Source: Candidatus Doudnabacteria bacterium (GTDB taxonomy: Bacteria; Patescibacteriota; Doudnabacteria; UBA920). From it: 64,000 bases of DNA. The notes beneath the pieces are model-generated. The model saw only the letters and a program-made list of their open reading frames with translations, was not told the DNA's origin and did not search any database. A program made the translations under genes and the position numbers. The stretch spans positions 3,348 through 67,347 of the forward strand of contig JAHFJJ010000002.1 of assembly GCA_023245895.1 (NCBI GenBank), written 5' to 3'. Positions 25,928 through 35,479 of the stretch are shown here, in pieces (the first letter of the stretch is position 1; every line of letters starts with the position of its first letter).

Positions 25928-26644
25928 TTATTGTTTGGGCTCCTCTTTCACCACCGTCTGCGAGCTCCTGCCATGCGCTACGGCTTCCGCAATCACCGTT
26001 GTCATAAGCTCAATGACTTTAGTGGCGTCATCGTTGCAGGGAATGGGGTGGTCAATATTCTCCGGACTACAGTTAGTGTCTACCAGGCCGATTATTTTAA
26101 CTTTGCTCTTTTGGGCTTCTTTGACGGCAATGGCGTCGTGCTTTACGTCTGTAACAAAAATTGCTTCCGGCAATTTTTTCATGTTTTGGATGCCTTCAAA
26201 CAGTTTTTTTAGCTTTTCTATTTCGCGTTCCACCATCAGTCTTTCTTTTTTGGTATAATTTTTTTCCAGCTCGCCCGAGGCTTTCATGCTTTCCAATTTT
26301 TCCATTTTACGGATGGTTTTTTGGATAGTCTTAAAGTTGGTGAAAGTGCCGCCCAGCCAGCGGACGTTCACGTAGGGCATATTGGCGGCAATGGCGGCAT
26401 TTTTTACTATTTCCTTGCTTTGGCGTTTGGTGCCGACGAACAAAAGCGTCCCGCCGCGCGCGGCGAGTTCAGAGGCGAATTTAGCCGCTTTTTCCAAAGC
26501 CTTTTTGGTTTGTTCCAGGTCCAGAATGTGGATGTTGTTCCTGGTGGTAAAAATGAACGGCTTCATTTTGGGGTTCCACCTGGAGGTGGTGTGGCCAAAG
26601 TGCGCGCCGCTTTTGAGCAAATCTAAAAGAGTTATATCTTTCAT
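25928..26644 (-). CDS. rpsB: 30S ribosomal protein S2
   Basis: GAHFGH..RWNPKM, FVGTK, RWLGGTFTNF, VDTN, PCNDD. Confidence 0.98.
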   Translation of the reverse strand: MKDITLLDLLKSGAHFGHTTSRWNPKMKPFIFTTRNNIHILDLEQTKKALEKAAKFASELAARGGTLLFVGTKRQSKEIVKNAAIAANMPYVNVRWLGGTFTNFKTIQKTIRKMEKLESMKASGELEKNYTKKERLMVEREIEKLKKLFEGIQNMKKLPEAIFVTDVKHDAIAVKEAQKSKVKIIGLVDTNCSPENIDHPIPCNDDATKVIELMTTVIAEAVAHGRSSQTVVKEEPKQ

Positions 26645-26902
26645 GATTTATCCTTTTTCTCCCATCCCCTCTTATCGTTTAGAGGCCCTCAAGCCTTTAA
26701 AGGACAGGATAAATATGCGGGGATGTGATAGATTAGTTTATTAACTTGGATATTATATCAGGGGTTGACTTTTTTGGCAAGATTAGCTAAAGTATTAAAG
26801 TTACAATTTATATAAATTTGTTTCTACTGTATTTCAAGATATTTCATTTTTATAAAGAAATAAGTGGAAATACATAGAAATACAGTAGAAATTTACAGAA
26901 TT

Positions 26903-27163
26903 ATGAAGCCTAACATCCATCCCCAATTTAACATGACAGCTACCGTAACCTGCGCCTGCGGGGTCAGTTTTGTTACTGGCTCAACCGCCACAGAATTACA
27001 TACTGAAATTTGCAGCGCTTGCCACCCATTTTATACAGGCAAGCAAAAATTGCTCGACGCCGCCGGCAATGTAGACAAATTCAAAAAGCGCACAGCTACC
27101 GCCACCAGCATTAAGTCCGTGGTTAAGGTTAAAAAAGAACGAAAAGCCAGGACGAAAAAGTAA
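26903..27163 (+). CDS. rpmE: 50S ribosomal protein L31 (Zn type)
   Basis: [26 protein letters not shown]. Confidence 0.97.
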   Translation: MKPNIHPQFNMTATVTCACGVSFVTGSTATELHTEICSACHPFYTGKQKLLDAAGNVDKFKKRTATATSIKSVVKVKKERKARTKK

Positions 27164-27315
27164 CTATAATAATAACTATAACTTAAGCCATCCGTTTAGA
27201 TTATGGGTGGCTTTTGTGTTATCATTAGCGAATAGAGAATAGTGCTTAGTGAATAGGAAAAGGCACGAAACCTTTTATCCTATTCACTATTCTCTAGGCA
27301 CTAAGCACTAATTCA

Positions 27316-28380
27316 ATGGACAAATCTTTTCAAAAACTTATAGACGAATATAACCAGCTGACGGAAGCAATGTCTTCCGGCGGGTCTGTGGATATGGCCA
27401 AGTTGGGGAAGAGGCAGGCGGAACTTCAGCCTATAATATCCAATATCCAATATCTAATATCCAAACAGCAGGAACTGGAAGATAACAAGAAATTGCTGGA
27501 TGACGGTGATGCTGAGATTAAATCTATGGCGCTTGATGAAGGTCGTCGCCTTGAGTCTGAAATCTTAAATCTTAAATCTGAAATCGAGGACGCTCTATTG
27601 CCCAAAGACCCCAATGATGACAAGAACGTTATAGTAGAAATAAGGGCCGGCGCCGGCGGCGACGAAGCCACGCTTTTTGTCGCCGAGATGTTCCGCGCAT
27701 ACGGTAAGTTCGCTGATGAAAACAAATGGAAAGTACATATACTTTCTTCCTCCAAGTCAGATGCCGGCGGCTTTAAGGAAATAATATTTGAAATTTATTC
27801 ATCCAAACTCCCCGGCCCTTACAGCAAGTTTAAATACGAATCCGGCGTGCACCGTGTACAGCGCGTGCCGGAAACGGAAAAAAGCGGCCGCGTGCATACA
27901 TCTACCATTACGGTCGCGGTCTTGCCCGAACTGGGAGAAAAAGATTATGTTATTGCGGACAAGGACTTGAAGATTGAAGCAACTACATCCAGCGGCCACG
28001 GCGGACAGTCGGTTAATACGACTTACTCTGCGATTAGAATCACGCACATTCCTACAGGCATAACTGCCCAATGCCAGGACGAAAGAAGCCAGGCGCAAAA
28101 CCGTGAAAAGGCTTTGGCGGTCATTCGCGCGCGCGTTTTTGCCCACTATGAAGAAATAGAAAATAAAAAAGTGCGCGACCTGACCAAAGGCCAAATTGGC
28201 ACCGGCGACAGGAGCGAAAAAATCCGCACCTACAACTTCCCCCAAGACCGCGTAACCGACCACCGAATAAACGAAAACTTCAACCAAATAAACTTAATTA
28301 TGGAAGGCAAACTGGAAGACATTACTGAAGCCCTGCAAAAAGCAGATTTGCAGGCTAAAAAAGAGGCCTTAAAGAAATAA
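27316..28380 (+). CDS. prfA: Peptide chain release factor 1
   Basis: [25 protein letters not shown] (PxT), [17 protein letters not shown]. Confidence 0.97.
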   Translation: MDKSFQKLIDEYNQLTEAMSSGGSVDMAKLGKRQAELQPIISNIQYLISKQQELEDNKKLLDDGDAEIKSMALDEGRRLESEILNLKSEIEDALLPKDPNDDKNVIVEIRAGAGGDEATLFVAEMFRAYGKFADENKWKVHILSSSKSDAGGFKEIIFEIYSSKLPGPYSKFKYESGVHRVQRVPETEKSGRVHTSTITVAVLPELGEKDYVIADKDLKIEATTSSGHGGQSVNTTYSAIRITHIPTGITAQCQDERSQAQNREKALAVIRARVFAHYEEIENKKVRDLTKGQIGTGDRSEKIRTYNFPQDRVTDHRINENFNQINLIMEGKLEDITEALQKADLQAKKEALKK

Positions 28381-28504
28381 AACAAATACTATCATACTAC
28401 TGTGTATGATAGTATTTGTTGAGTCTAGTGGTAATCAAAGGGTGTTAAAAAAAATAATACCGCACTTGGCCTTGCAACCAAGTGCGGTAAAAGAAACAGC
28501 AGGG

Positions 28505-28792
28505 CTATTTCTTTTTTTGCTTGAAGAGCTTGATGGAAGTAGCGAAGCCATCGGGGGTTGTGTTAGTGACACTGTACTTTACCTGGTAAAACTCTACAGT
28601 CCCCCACCCCTGCTTTTGGTATACATCCCTTAGCCAATTTTCTGCCCAAGGTTGGATGTCTCGACCGAGGCAAATATCTGCTTCCCCCTTTTCCACATCC
28701 GCTTTTAGGATTAGCTCTTCGTCGATGTGCATGCCAATCTGTTCCAATATTTCTTTGCGCTTTGTCTCAATGTCATTGATTGAATGCGGCAT
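28505..28792 (-). CDS. Small hypothetical protein
   Basis: GGAGG SD, TTGACA-17-GATACT upstream, hairpin downstream. Confidence 0.65.
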   Translation of the reverse strand: MPHSINDIETKRKEILEQIGMHIDEELILKADVEKGEADICLGRDIQPWAENWLRDVYQKQGWGTVEFYQVKYSVTNTTPDGFATSIKLFKQKKK

Positions 28793-28895
28793 TTAATTCC
28801 TCCAATTTGTGTGTAAGTATGCTGACCGGTAAGTATCGCGTATTTATTAAAAAATGTCAATAATACTAACTCTAAAAGGAGCTTAGAAAATAAAG

Positions 28896-29366
28896 ATGCT
28901 TACAATTAAGGACGCCCGTATTCTTGCTGAACAAATAAAAGAAAAAAGCCCAAAAGTTAATAGCGTTGAGCTTTTTGGAAGTGTGCTAAGAAACGGACAA
29001 GGCCATGATGTTGATTTTATTTTAGTTGTTGATGACGAGCTGTCCCGCCAATTCTGGCTGGATATGCCTAATTTTCGGGTAACCGGCGGCCGGCGCTGGC
29101 TAATGTTCCGGCGGGTAATTAAAAAATTATTGCCTTGGCTCATGGAAGCTTTTGACCACAAAAGCAAGCAAGCGCGGCAGTTGAGAGCGTCAAGATTAGT
29201 CGGTATTAATCTGGCGGAGTTGAGTAAGCAATACAAGCCTGACGCGTCGATTGATGTTTTGCTTATGCCGCATCATTGGCAGTCCCAGATACATAAAATT
29301 ACATCTGACCGTAATATTGCCATGTTTTTCCAGCGCATAGCCGATTCGTCCGTAAAACTTTTGTAG
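28896..29366 (+). CDS. Nucleotidyltransferase domain protein (Pol-beta/MNT-like)
   Basis: VELFGSV...HDVDFILV, later IDVLL. Confidence 0.75.
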   Translation: MLTIKDARILAEQIKEKSPKVNSVELFGSVLRNGQGHDVDFILVVDDELSRQFWLDMPNFRVTGGRRWLMFRRVIKKLLPWLMEAFDHKSKQARQLRASRLVGINLAELSKQYKPDASIDVLLMPHHWQSQIHKITSDRNIAMFFQRIADSSVKLL

Positions 29367-29454
29367 TAATAAAGTTAAATAAGATTTAAAAAAAAAGAGA
29401 ACGGGGCATAAGTGTCCCGCTCTCAAAGTGGAATCTAAAGCATTGGCGCTGTGC

Positions 29455-29799
29455 TTACGATAACCGGACGAGTAAGTTTGTAACTTCTCGTATTTGGTCT
29501 TCGGTGAGCCTTATTGAGCCAATTACGCCCTCGCCCTGGATTTGCATAACGGTCTCACTTTCTTCCCAGGGCTGAGTTAGGGGCTTTGCCTTTCTGAGTC
29601 TCTCAGAAACCAGAGGCCCGGCAACATCGTGTACTGAAAATGCGTTGGTCATATCTACCAGCACGCGGCCTAGGCGAGCGTTTGGTATGGTTAAATGCTC
29701 CATTACTCCAAAGTTGTCGCATGAAATTGTCCAGAACGAGCCGCATTTTCGGATTTCCAGCCTGGGCTTAACCATCACGATTTCGTATTCAGTCTTCAT
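29455..29799 (-). CDS. Small hypothetical protein
   Basis: GGAGG SD, TTGACA upstream, terminator-like hairpin near 29395-29423. Confidence 0.65.
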   Translation of the reverse strand: MKTEYEIVMVKPRLEIRKCGSFWTISCDNFGVMEHLTIPNARLGRVLVDMTNAFSVHDVAGPLVSERLRKAKPLTQPWEESETVMQIQGEGVIGSIRLTEDQIREVTNLLVRLS

Positions 29800-29872
29800 G
29801 AACCCTCCAATAGAATGCTTTTAAGCTATAGTTATTTATATATTGTGTCAAGTTCTTGATGTGGAATCAACA

Positions 29873-30721
29873 ATGACCATAGAACAAATCTTAAAAAAAT
29901 ACCGCACGATTGAAATTGAGCTGCTTTTATTGCATGCCCTTGGAAAGCCCAAGGAGTTTTTATATATACATCCGGAAACAAAATTAACCATACTGCAATA
30001 CAAGAAAGTATTGCAGTATGTAAAAAGAAGGCAAAAGGGCGAGCCGATGGCTTATATTTTGGGGTATAAGGATTTTTATGGGTTGAGGTTTAAGGTGAAT
30101 AATCATGTATTAATCCCCCGGCCGGAGACGGAGATGATAGTTGATGCCGTAGTGCAGGCCCTAGGCCTGCTTCATAAGCCAGAAAAGCAGGCCACGGGCC
30201 CGCACTACAATCGTAAAATCAGGATTCTTGATGTTGGTACCGGTAGCGGTTGCATAGCAATCAGTTTGGCGAAAAATTTGAAAGCTGATTTATATGCATC
30301 TGATGTTTCAAAAAAGGCGTTATCAATTGCCAAGCAAAATGCCAGCCAGCATCACGTTAAAATTAAGTTTATAAAGAGTGATTTGCTGAAAAATATCAAT
30401 GGTGACTTCGACATAATAACTGCTAATCTTCCCTATGGCTGGCATGGGGTGAAAAACAGGTTTTCTTCGGTAAAAGATGGGTTAAAATTTGAACCGCAAA
30501 GTGCTTTATACACACAAGAAAAGGGCTTGATGGAAATAAGGCGTTTGCTGGAGCAAATTTCCTCCAGGGAATACCAGCCAAAATTTGTATATTTGGAATT
30601 TGACCCTAGGCAAAAGAAAGATTTGCAAAAGTTGATAAAAAAATATTTGCCATCCTCGAATATTGGATTCCATCGCGATTTAAACAATTTTTGGCGCTGT
30701 GCGGAAGTCGAAATCGTATAA
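29873..30721 (+). CDS. prmC: Release factor glutamine methyltransferase
   Basis: RRQKGEPMAYILG, VLIPRPETE, LDVGTGSGCI, ANLPY; near prfA. Confidence 0.95.
   Translation: MTIEQILKKYRTIEIELLLLHALGKPKEFLYIHPETKLTILQYKKVLQYVKRRQKGEPMAYILGYKDFYGLRFKVNNHVLIPRPETEMIVDAVVQALGLLHKPEKQATGPHYNRKIRILDVGTGSGCIAISLAKNLKADLYASDVSKKALSIAKQNASQHHVKIKFIKSDLLKNINGDFDIITANLPYGWHGVKNRFSSVKDGLKFEPQSALYTQEKGLMEIRRLLEQISSREYQPKFVYLEFDPRQKKDLQKLIKKYLPSSNIGFHRDLNNFWRCAEVEIV
30149..30208. repeat. In-frame GTAG...CTAC palindromic insertion in prmC
   Basis: GTAGTGCAGGCCCTAGGCCTGC...GCAGGCCACGGGCCCGCACTAC, 60 nt; related to 36440-36490. Confidence 0.8.
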
Positions 30722-30778
30722 ATTAATAAAAAAGTGAACGCGGTAGCTCCTGCCGCGTTCACCTTATTCAATTTGCGG

Positions 30779-31219
30779 CTAGTCTTTGGCCGCGGAACTG
30801 CTTGGTACTGCCAATGGCCGCTGAGAAGTAATTGTAAGCGTCCCATTTTTGGGCGTGAACTTTTGCTTTTCTTTTGGCCGGTTTGTCGAAGCATTGGCGA
30901 CGCCTTCAATGCTAAAAATGAATATGGCGGCGTATTCCCCTGTTTGTTTTTTGGGGAATTTCCACAAGCTCGCGTGTTCTTCTGCTGCTGAGAGCAGCAT
31001 TGGCGGCCCAGATTTAGGAACAACTCCGGTAACCTTGCCGTCTTCAACAGTTAGCGAGAGGGTCACGCTCCCTTCAATCCCCGCGGCTTGCGCAAGCCTT
31101 GGGTAGGCCAAGGCCGGCATTGATTTGGCGAGCGGCGAGAGCAGTTGGTTTCTGTTGCTGGCGGCGCAGGACGCAAGGACTAAAAGCAGCAACAGTGAAA
31201 TTGATGCGGTACTCTTCAT
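30779..31219 (-). CDS. Lipoprotein with TonB C-terminal-like domain
   Basis: Lipobox VLASC; YPRLAQAAGIEGSVTLSLTVEDGKV..KSGP..L..AA...WKF; AGGAGG SD. Confidence 0.75.
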   Translation of the reverse strand: MKSTASISLLLLLVLASCAASNRNQLLSPLAKSMPALAYPRLAQAAGIEGSVTLSLTVEDGKVTGVVPKSGPPMLLSAAEEHASLWKFPKKQTGEYAAIFIFSIEGVANASTNRPKEKQKFTPKNGTLTITSQRPLAVPSSSAAKD

Positions 31220-31260
31220 GGTTTCCTCCTGCCTTTAGCATAGCATTAAAACTATGCAAC

Positions 31261-31291
31261 AAAAAAGCCCCCGTTTTTGGAGGGGGCTTTT
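31261..31291. terminator. Intrinsic terminator after rplY
   Basis: AAAAAAGCCCCC-gtttttgga-GGGGGCTTTT. Confidence 0.7.
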
Positions 31292-31301
31292 AGAATTTAA
31301 A

Positions 31302-31997
31302 CTACTTCTTTTCTTCTCCGCCTTTGGCGGGTTTTTCACTTTTATCATCAGCGCCAGTTTCGGCTTCAGGCTTATCTTCGGCCGCGCCTTCTACCTTGCT
31401 TACGTCTTCAACAACCGGAGTAGCAAGTTCAGCTTCAACGTCGCGGGGGGGCTGGACTTTGGCTATCATTTCATCCGCAGGGGTTAAAATTTTAACCTTA
31501 GCCGGTAGATTCAGGTCCTTAACGTGGATTGAATCCTGCAAAGTCTTTAAGCCTTCCAGGCTAACAACAATGTTGTGCGGCAAGTCTGCTGGTAAACATT
31601 CAACTTCAACTTCATTTAAGACTTTGACCAAAACTCCGCCCATAGTTTTAACGGCAGAAGATTCACCTGTGAATTCCAAAGCCACTTTGGCTTTGAGCTT
31701 CTCGGTCATGCTGACTACATAAAAGTCTACGTGGGTCGGCGCGCTGGTTAAGTAATGGATTTGTACATCATGGATTAAAACAGGATGGGTTTTGCCGTCG
31801 CCTGTTACTAATTCAACAATTGTGCTTTCACCCGCTTTTTTTAAAATTTTATCAAACTCCCTGGCGTTAACGGTTAACGCGGTATTTTGGATTTTATGGC
31901 CGTACAAAACCGCCGGCAGCAAGCCTGCCTTGCGCAGTTTTTGCGGTGTGGTTGCCTTTAAATCCCTAACTTCAGCTTTGAGCTGTAATTTTTCCAT
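31302..31997 (-). CDS. rplY: 50S ribosomal protein L25/Ctc
   Basis: LRKAGLLPAVLYG, HVDFY, VEVECLPADLP, acidic tail. Confidence 0.95.
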   Translation of the reverse strand: MEKLQLKAEVRDLKATTPQKLRKAGLLPAVLYGHKIQNTALTVNAREFDKILKKAGESTIVELVTGDGKTHPVLIHDVQIHYLTSAPTHVDFYVVSMTEKLKAKVALEFTGESSAVKTMGGVLVKVLNEVEVECLPADLPHNIVVSLEGLKTLQDSIHVKDLNLPAKVKILTPADEMIAKVQPPRDVEAELATPVVEDVSKVEGAAEDKPEAETGADDKSEKPAKGGEEKK

Positions 31998-32231
31998 TCT
32001 TTTCCTTTATGATGATCGCGCCCATTCCCTTCGACTACGCTCAAGGTACTCACGCGGTCTTAAAAATTTGTCTTGATGATTATATCAAAAGGCCCGGACT
32101 TTGTCCAGGCTTTTGTCGTAGTCATTCAGCAATCAGCCTCAGATATCAACCGCCTGTAGCCGTGGCTTGACTTTTTAGGTGAGGTGTGTTATCGTTTTTA
32201 GTTCAAATGGACAAAATATTGAGGAGGGTAA

Positions 32232-32627
32232 ATGGAATTTAATGCGAAGATGGCAATTCAGAACTACGAGGCCTACTTAAAGGCCTTGGGCGAAAAAAGG
32301 GCAGATATTGACCGAAGGGTTGGTATGCTTGCCAACTTTTTGAGCCCCGATGACATCAAAGAAGCACGAGAGTTCATGTCAGACTCCCGGTGCGGCTGGG
32401 AAATTTACGTCAACAACACCGGCCAGCCATATGTGGTGGGCGTGACTTTCAAGGTAAGAGGAGCGAGCGAAACCGGGTACGTCTATGATTCCTCAATGGG
32501 ATCGGCTGAAAGCATGGAGAACCGGTTTGTGGCCGAAGTCCACAAGCGTCTTGAATTCCTCATCCAGTCAGCAGTTAAAGTTTGGCCCTTTCTGCCAAAA
32601 AAGTGGAAAGAATTTATGGAGGCATAA
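32232..32627 (+). CDS. Hypothetical protein
   Basis: GAGGAGG SD, TTGACT-17-TATCGT upstream, terminator near 32665-32710. Confidence 0.7.
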   Translation: MEFNAKMAIQNYEAYLKALGEKRADIDRRVGMLANFLSPDDIKEAREFMSDSRCGWEIYVNNTGQPYVVGVTFKVRGASETGYVYDSSMGSAESMENRFVAEVHKRLEFLIQSAVKVWPFLPKKWKEFMEA

Positions 32628-32730
32628 CGGCCAGCCACAGGCGCCGGCCCCAACGAACCATAAAAAACAACCCCGCACTTCAGGCATTTGCTTGGACGCG
32701 GGGTTTATTTTATTGTGTATAAGATAATAA

Positions 32731-33093
32731 TTATTTTTTAGTAAAACTAGACACAAAATCGCCTTGAAACTCTTTTAACGCTTCGTGGATGCCTAAAATG
32801 TCATTGGCTTTAATGGGGCCCAGCTGGTTGAATTTTTGGCTGTCTACGCCGGTGAGGTCGGTTACCATGCCCACGCTAAAGACTTCCGGGCCTTTAATTT
32901 CAACGTTGAACATTACCGAGCTTTTGCATTTTGTGCAGTCGGAGTGGATAAGCACCCAGGCTTCGTTATAGGCCTCATCCTGTTCGCTGTCTACTATTCT
33001 GGTCTTTTCCAGATTGTACTTATGCCCGCAGACCGGACATTTTAAAATAAACCCCAGCCATTCAATAACTTTTTTAATATCAAAATTTTTCAT
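32731..33093 (-). CDS. Hypothetical zinc-ribbon protein
   Basis: CPVC...CTKC pairs, VTDLT motif; downstream of rodA. Confidence 0.75.
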   Translation of the reverse strand: MKNFDIKKVIEWLGFILKCPVCGHKYNLEKTRIVDSEQDEAYNEAWVLIHSDCTKCKSSVMFNVEIKGPEVFSVGMVTDLTGVDSQKFNQLGPIKANDILGIHEALKEFQGDFVSSFTKK

Positions 33094-33224
33094 AAACAAA
33101 TGAGTAGATACTAATATACTAATTTATGCGAATGATACCAATAATACTAATGCGCGATTATAGAATTCGTATTATTGGTATCATTAGTATCCAGATTAGT
33201 ATATTCGTATCATAACACGTCTGT

Positions 33225-34325
33225 TTAAAACCGCAAAGCTTTGGATTGGGTGGCTACGTTTTGGACTATGCCTAAGACAATAAGGCTGACAACCAGGGAA
33301 CTGCCGCCGGCCGAAGCAAAAGGCAAAGGTATGCCTGTAACCGGCAGAAGGCCAACATTCATGGCTATATTAATCAAAACGTGGAAGAAGAAAAAAAATA
33401 GCGCACCGCCGGCTATGTACATGCCTAAGTCGTCTTTAGCCGCGCGCATAATTTTGGAAATCCTGAACATTAAAAAGAAATAAAGCGCCAGCAGGCCAAA
33501 GGAGCCTAAAAACCCCACTTCTTCACTGCCGGCGGCGAAAATAAAATCTGTCTGCCTTTCAGGCAGGAATTTTCTCTGGCTTTGCACGCCTTTGCCCAAA
33601 CCCATGCCGGCAAACTGCCCACTGCCCACGGCAATGGTTGCCTGCCTTACGTTGTATCCCCTGCCCTTGGGGTCCAGGCCCGGGTTTAAAAAGACCAGCA
33701 CCCGGTCTTTTTGGAAATCTTTTAGCACAAATTTCCAGGTCACACCCGCCCCGGCAAGGAAAATTAAAAATAGAATGATGAGGAATTTTTTCTTTATCGG
33801 GCTTAAAAGTATTACTCCCAGCCAAATGCTTAAAATAATAATCGCCGACCCCAAGTCCGGCTCAATAACAATAAGTCCGGCAGGCAGGGCAGTATAAACA
33901 AAAGACCAAATAATAGTCGGCCAGGAATTTATTTGCCCCCTTTTAATATAGAGCAGGCGCGCCAGGCCTAAAATGACCACAACTTTGGCAAATTCCGCGG
34001 GCTGGAAGCGGAAGATTGAAAAATCTATCCAGCGGCTGCTGCCCCGAATTAGCGATCCGAAAAACGGAAGGTATAAAAGCAGTACTATAAAAATTGGGTA
34101 AATAACCCGGTTGAGTTTAGCCAGGCTGTGGTAATTAAAGACGCTAAAAAAAAAGAAAGCACTTAAGCCAATAAGCAAAAAAAACACTTGCCGGAAAAAA
34201 ACGCCGGAACTTCCGTCAGAAAGCGTTGTGGCGTATAAAATAGCCAGACCTCCGGCGGCCAAAAGCAGTGTGGCGGCCAAAAGCGGCTGGTCAGAATATT
34301 TAAAGCGGGAAAGGAAAGAGAGCAT
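33225..34325 (-). CDS. rodA: Rod shape-determining protein RodA (SEDS family)
   Basis: GSSRWI..FQPAEFAK, EPDLG, GYNVRQA.IAVGSG, LPERQTDFIF, PVTGIPLPF. Confidence 0.9.
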   Translation of the reverse strand: MLSFLSRFKYSDQPLLAATLLLAAGGLAILYATTLSDGSSGVFFRQVFFLLIGLSAFFFFSVFNYHSLAKLNRVIYPIFIVLLLYLPFFGSLIRGSSRWIDFSIFRFQPAEFAKVVVILGLARLLYIKRGQINSWPTIIWSFVYTALPAGLIVIEPDLGSAIIILSIWLGVILLSPIKKKFLIILFLIFLAGAGVTWKFVLKDFQKDRVLVFLNPGLDPKGRGYNVRQATIAVGSGQFAGMGLGKGVQSQRKFLPERQTDFIFAAGSEEVGFLGSFGLLALYFFLMFRISKIMRAAKDDLGMYIAGGALFFFFFHVLINIAMNVGLLPVTGIPLPFASAGGSSLVVSLIVLGIVQNVATQSKALRF

Positions 34326-34419
34326 GGTAGTAATCGCAAATATACAAATTTTAACAAATATACAAATCTTCGGAACTTCAGTATTTGTATATTTGTGTTG
34401 ATTTGTATATTTGGGAGCA

Positions 34420-35280
34420 CTACCTTCCCAAGTCTCCCGCGTTTCCCGAAGGGGCCGACGCGGCTGACAGGTTAAGAGGGTCTAAAACATTAGTGTCCGC
34501 GCGGACTTCAAGGCGGTCGAAATCGGTCGGCTCAAAACCCGGCCAGAGCTGTTTGTAGGCCCTGCGTTCAGAAGGGGCAAGGGAAAACTCTTCCCGCTGG
34601 CTGGAGCCGATAATATGGTTTTGCGAGTCAAAAAGCACAAAGGTTATGCGGGCCTGCTTTATGGCGTAAGGGCTTTGGTTGGTAATACTGCCTTCCGCAA
34701 TTAATGCCTGCGGCGAGGCTTGCTGGTATATTGTTGGCGCCAGCGCCAGAAGCTGGACTTTGGGCAGGCTTAGCCGTTTTTGCCAGGTTGGGCCGTCCGG
34801 CAGCTGGAAGTCGCTGTAAATAATCGGCACGGCCGACGAAAAGCGCGGCGCAATAACATATTTGCTTTGGTCTGGGAGAAGGAATAGCTTTTCGGAATAG
34901 CTGTAAACCAGTTCTTTTTGTGAATTGTAAAAATTAAATTTGTAAGGGGCATTTTTAAAAGAAAGGTCTAAGTTTGGGTTGGTAACCAGTACCACCGCGG
35001 AATACGCCCCTGTCCCCTGCTGGGTCAGATATACATCGGAAATTTTTAAAGGCTGGGGGTTGGTAAAACTGGTTTTGGCCGTTATGCCCGCCTGTTTTTT
35101 GTAGGTGTTAAAGTAAATGGCTTGGGCAGAGTATTTGGCAATAAAGTAAGCAGGTACAACCGCGATTAAAATAACAAGCGTCACTATTTTATATCCGCGG
35201 GGAAAACTGTTAAAAGCCCGCTGGGTTTCAAGCTCGGTTTCTTCAATTTTAATTTCTATTTTATCTTTTAAAAATGACAT
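34420..35280 (-). CDS. Membrane-anchored protein with FxLYD-like beta-sandwich repeats
   Basis: Single TM helix then FNFYNSQKELV and EGSITNQS...FVLFDSQNHIIG. Confidence 0.6.
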   Translation of the reverse strand: MSFLKDKIEIKIEETELETQRAFNSFPRGYKIVTLVILIAVVPAYFIAKYSAQAIYFNTYKKQAGITAKTSFTNPQPLKISDVYLTQQGTGAYSAVVLVTNPNLDLSFKNAPYKFNFYNSQKELVYSYSEKLFLLPDQSKYVIAPRFSSAVPIIYSDFQLPDGPTWQKRLSLPKVQLLALAPTIYQQASPQALIAEGSITNQSPYAIKQARITFVLFDSQNHIIGSSQREEFSLAPSERRAYKQLWPGFEPTDFDRLEVRADTNVLDPLNLSAASAPSGNAGDLGR

Positions 35281-35479
35281 AGCCGGATGGAATTTTGTTT
35301 ATATATTGGCTATTTTTAGTATAGCAAAATATGGAGGTTTTTGGTACTATGAGAGTAGGGTTCCCAAATATACAAATCCAAACAAATATACAAATTCTTA
35401 TCCGGACTCTTTGTTGTTATTTCAGGACTTGATAGGATTTGTATATTTGTGTTTATTGGTATATTTGCGATTACTACTT

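Noticed and set aside
30420-30436. PrmC NLPY instead of NPPY as a sign of inactivation
   Set aside because: Single substitution in an otherwise intact gene; not enough to call loss of function
32023-32050. CCCTTCGACTACGCTCAAGG fragment (similar at about 5529-5548) as a separate element
   Set aside because: Looks like a half-site of another palindromic repeat family, but is too short and unpaired to define here
35306-35479. 58-aa N-terminal extension of DnaE
   Set aside because: It translates an intergenic tandem/inverted repeat; the PHP domain begins at ATG 35480
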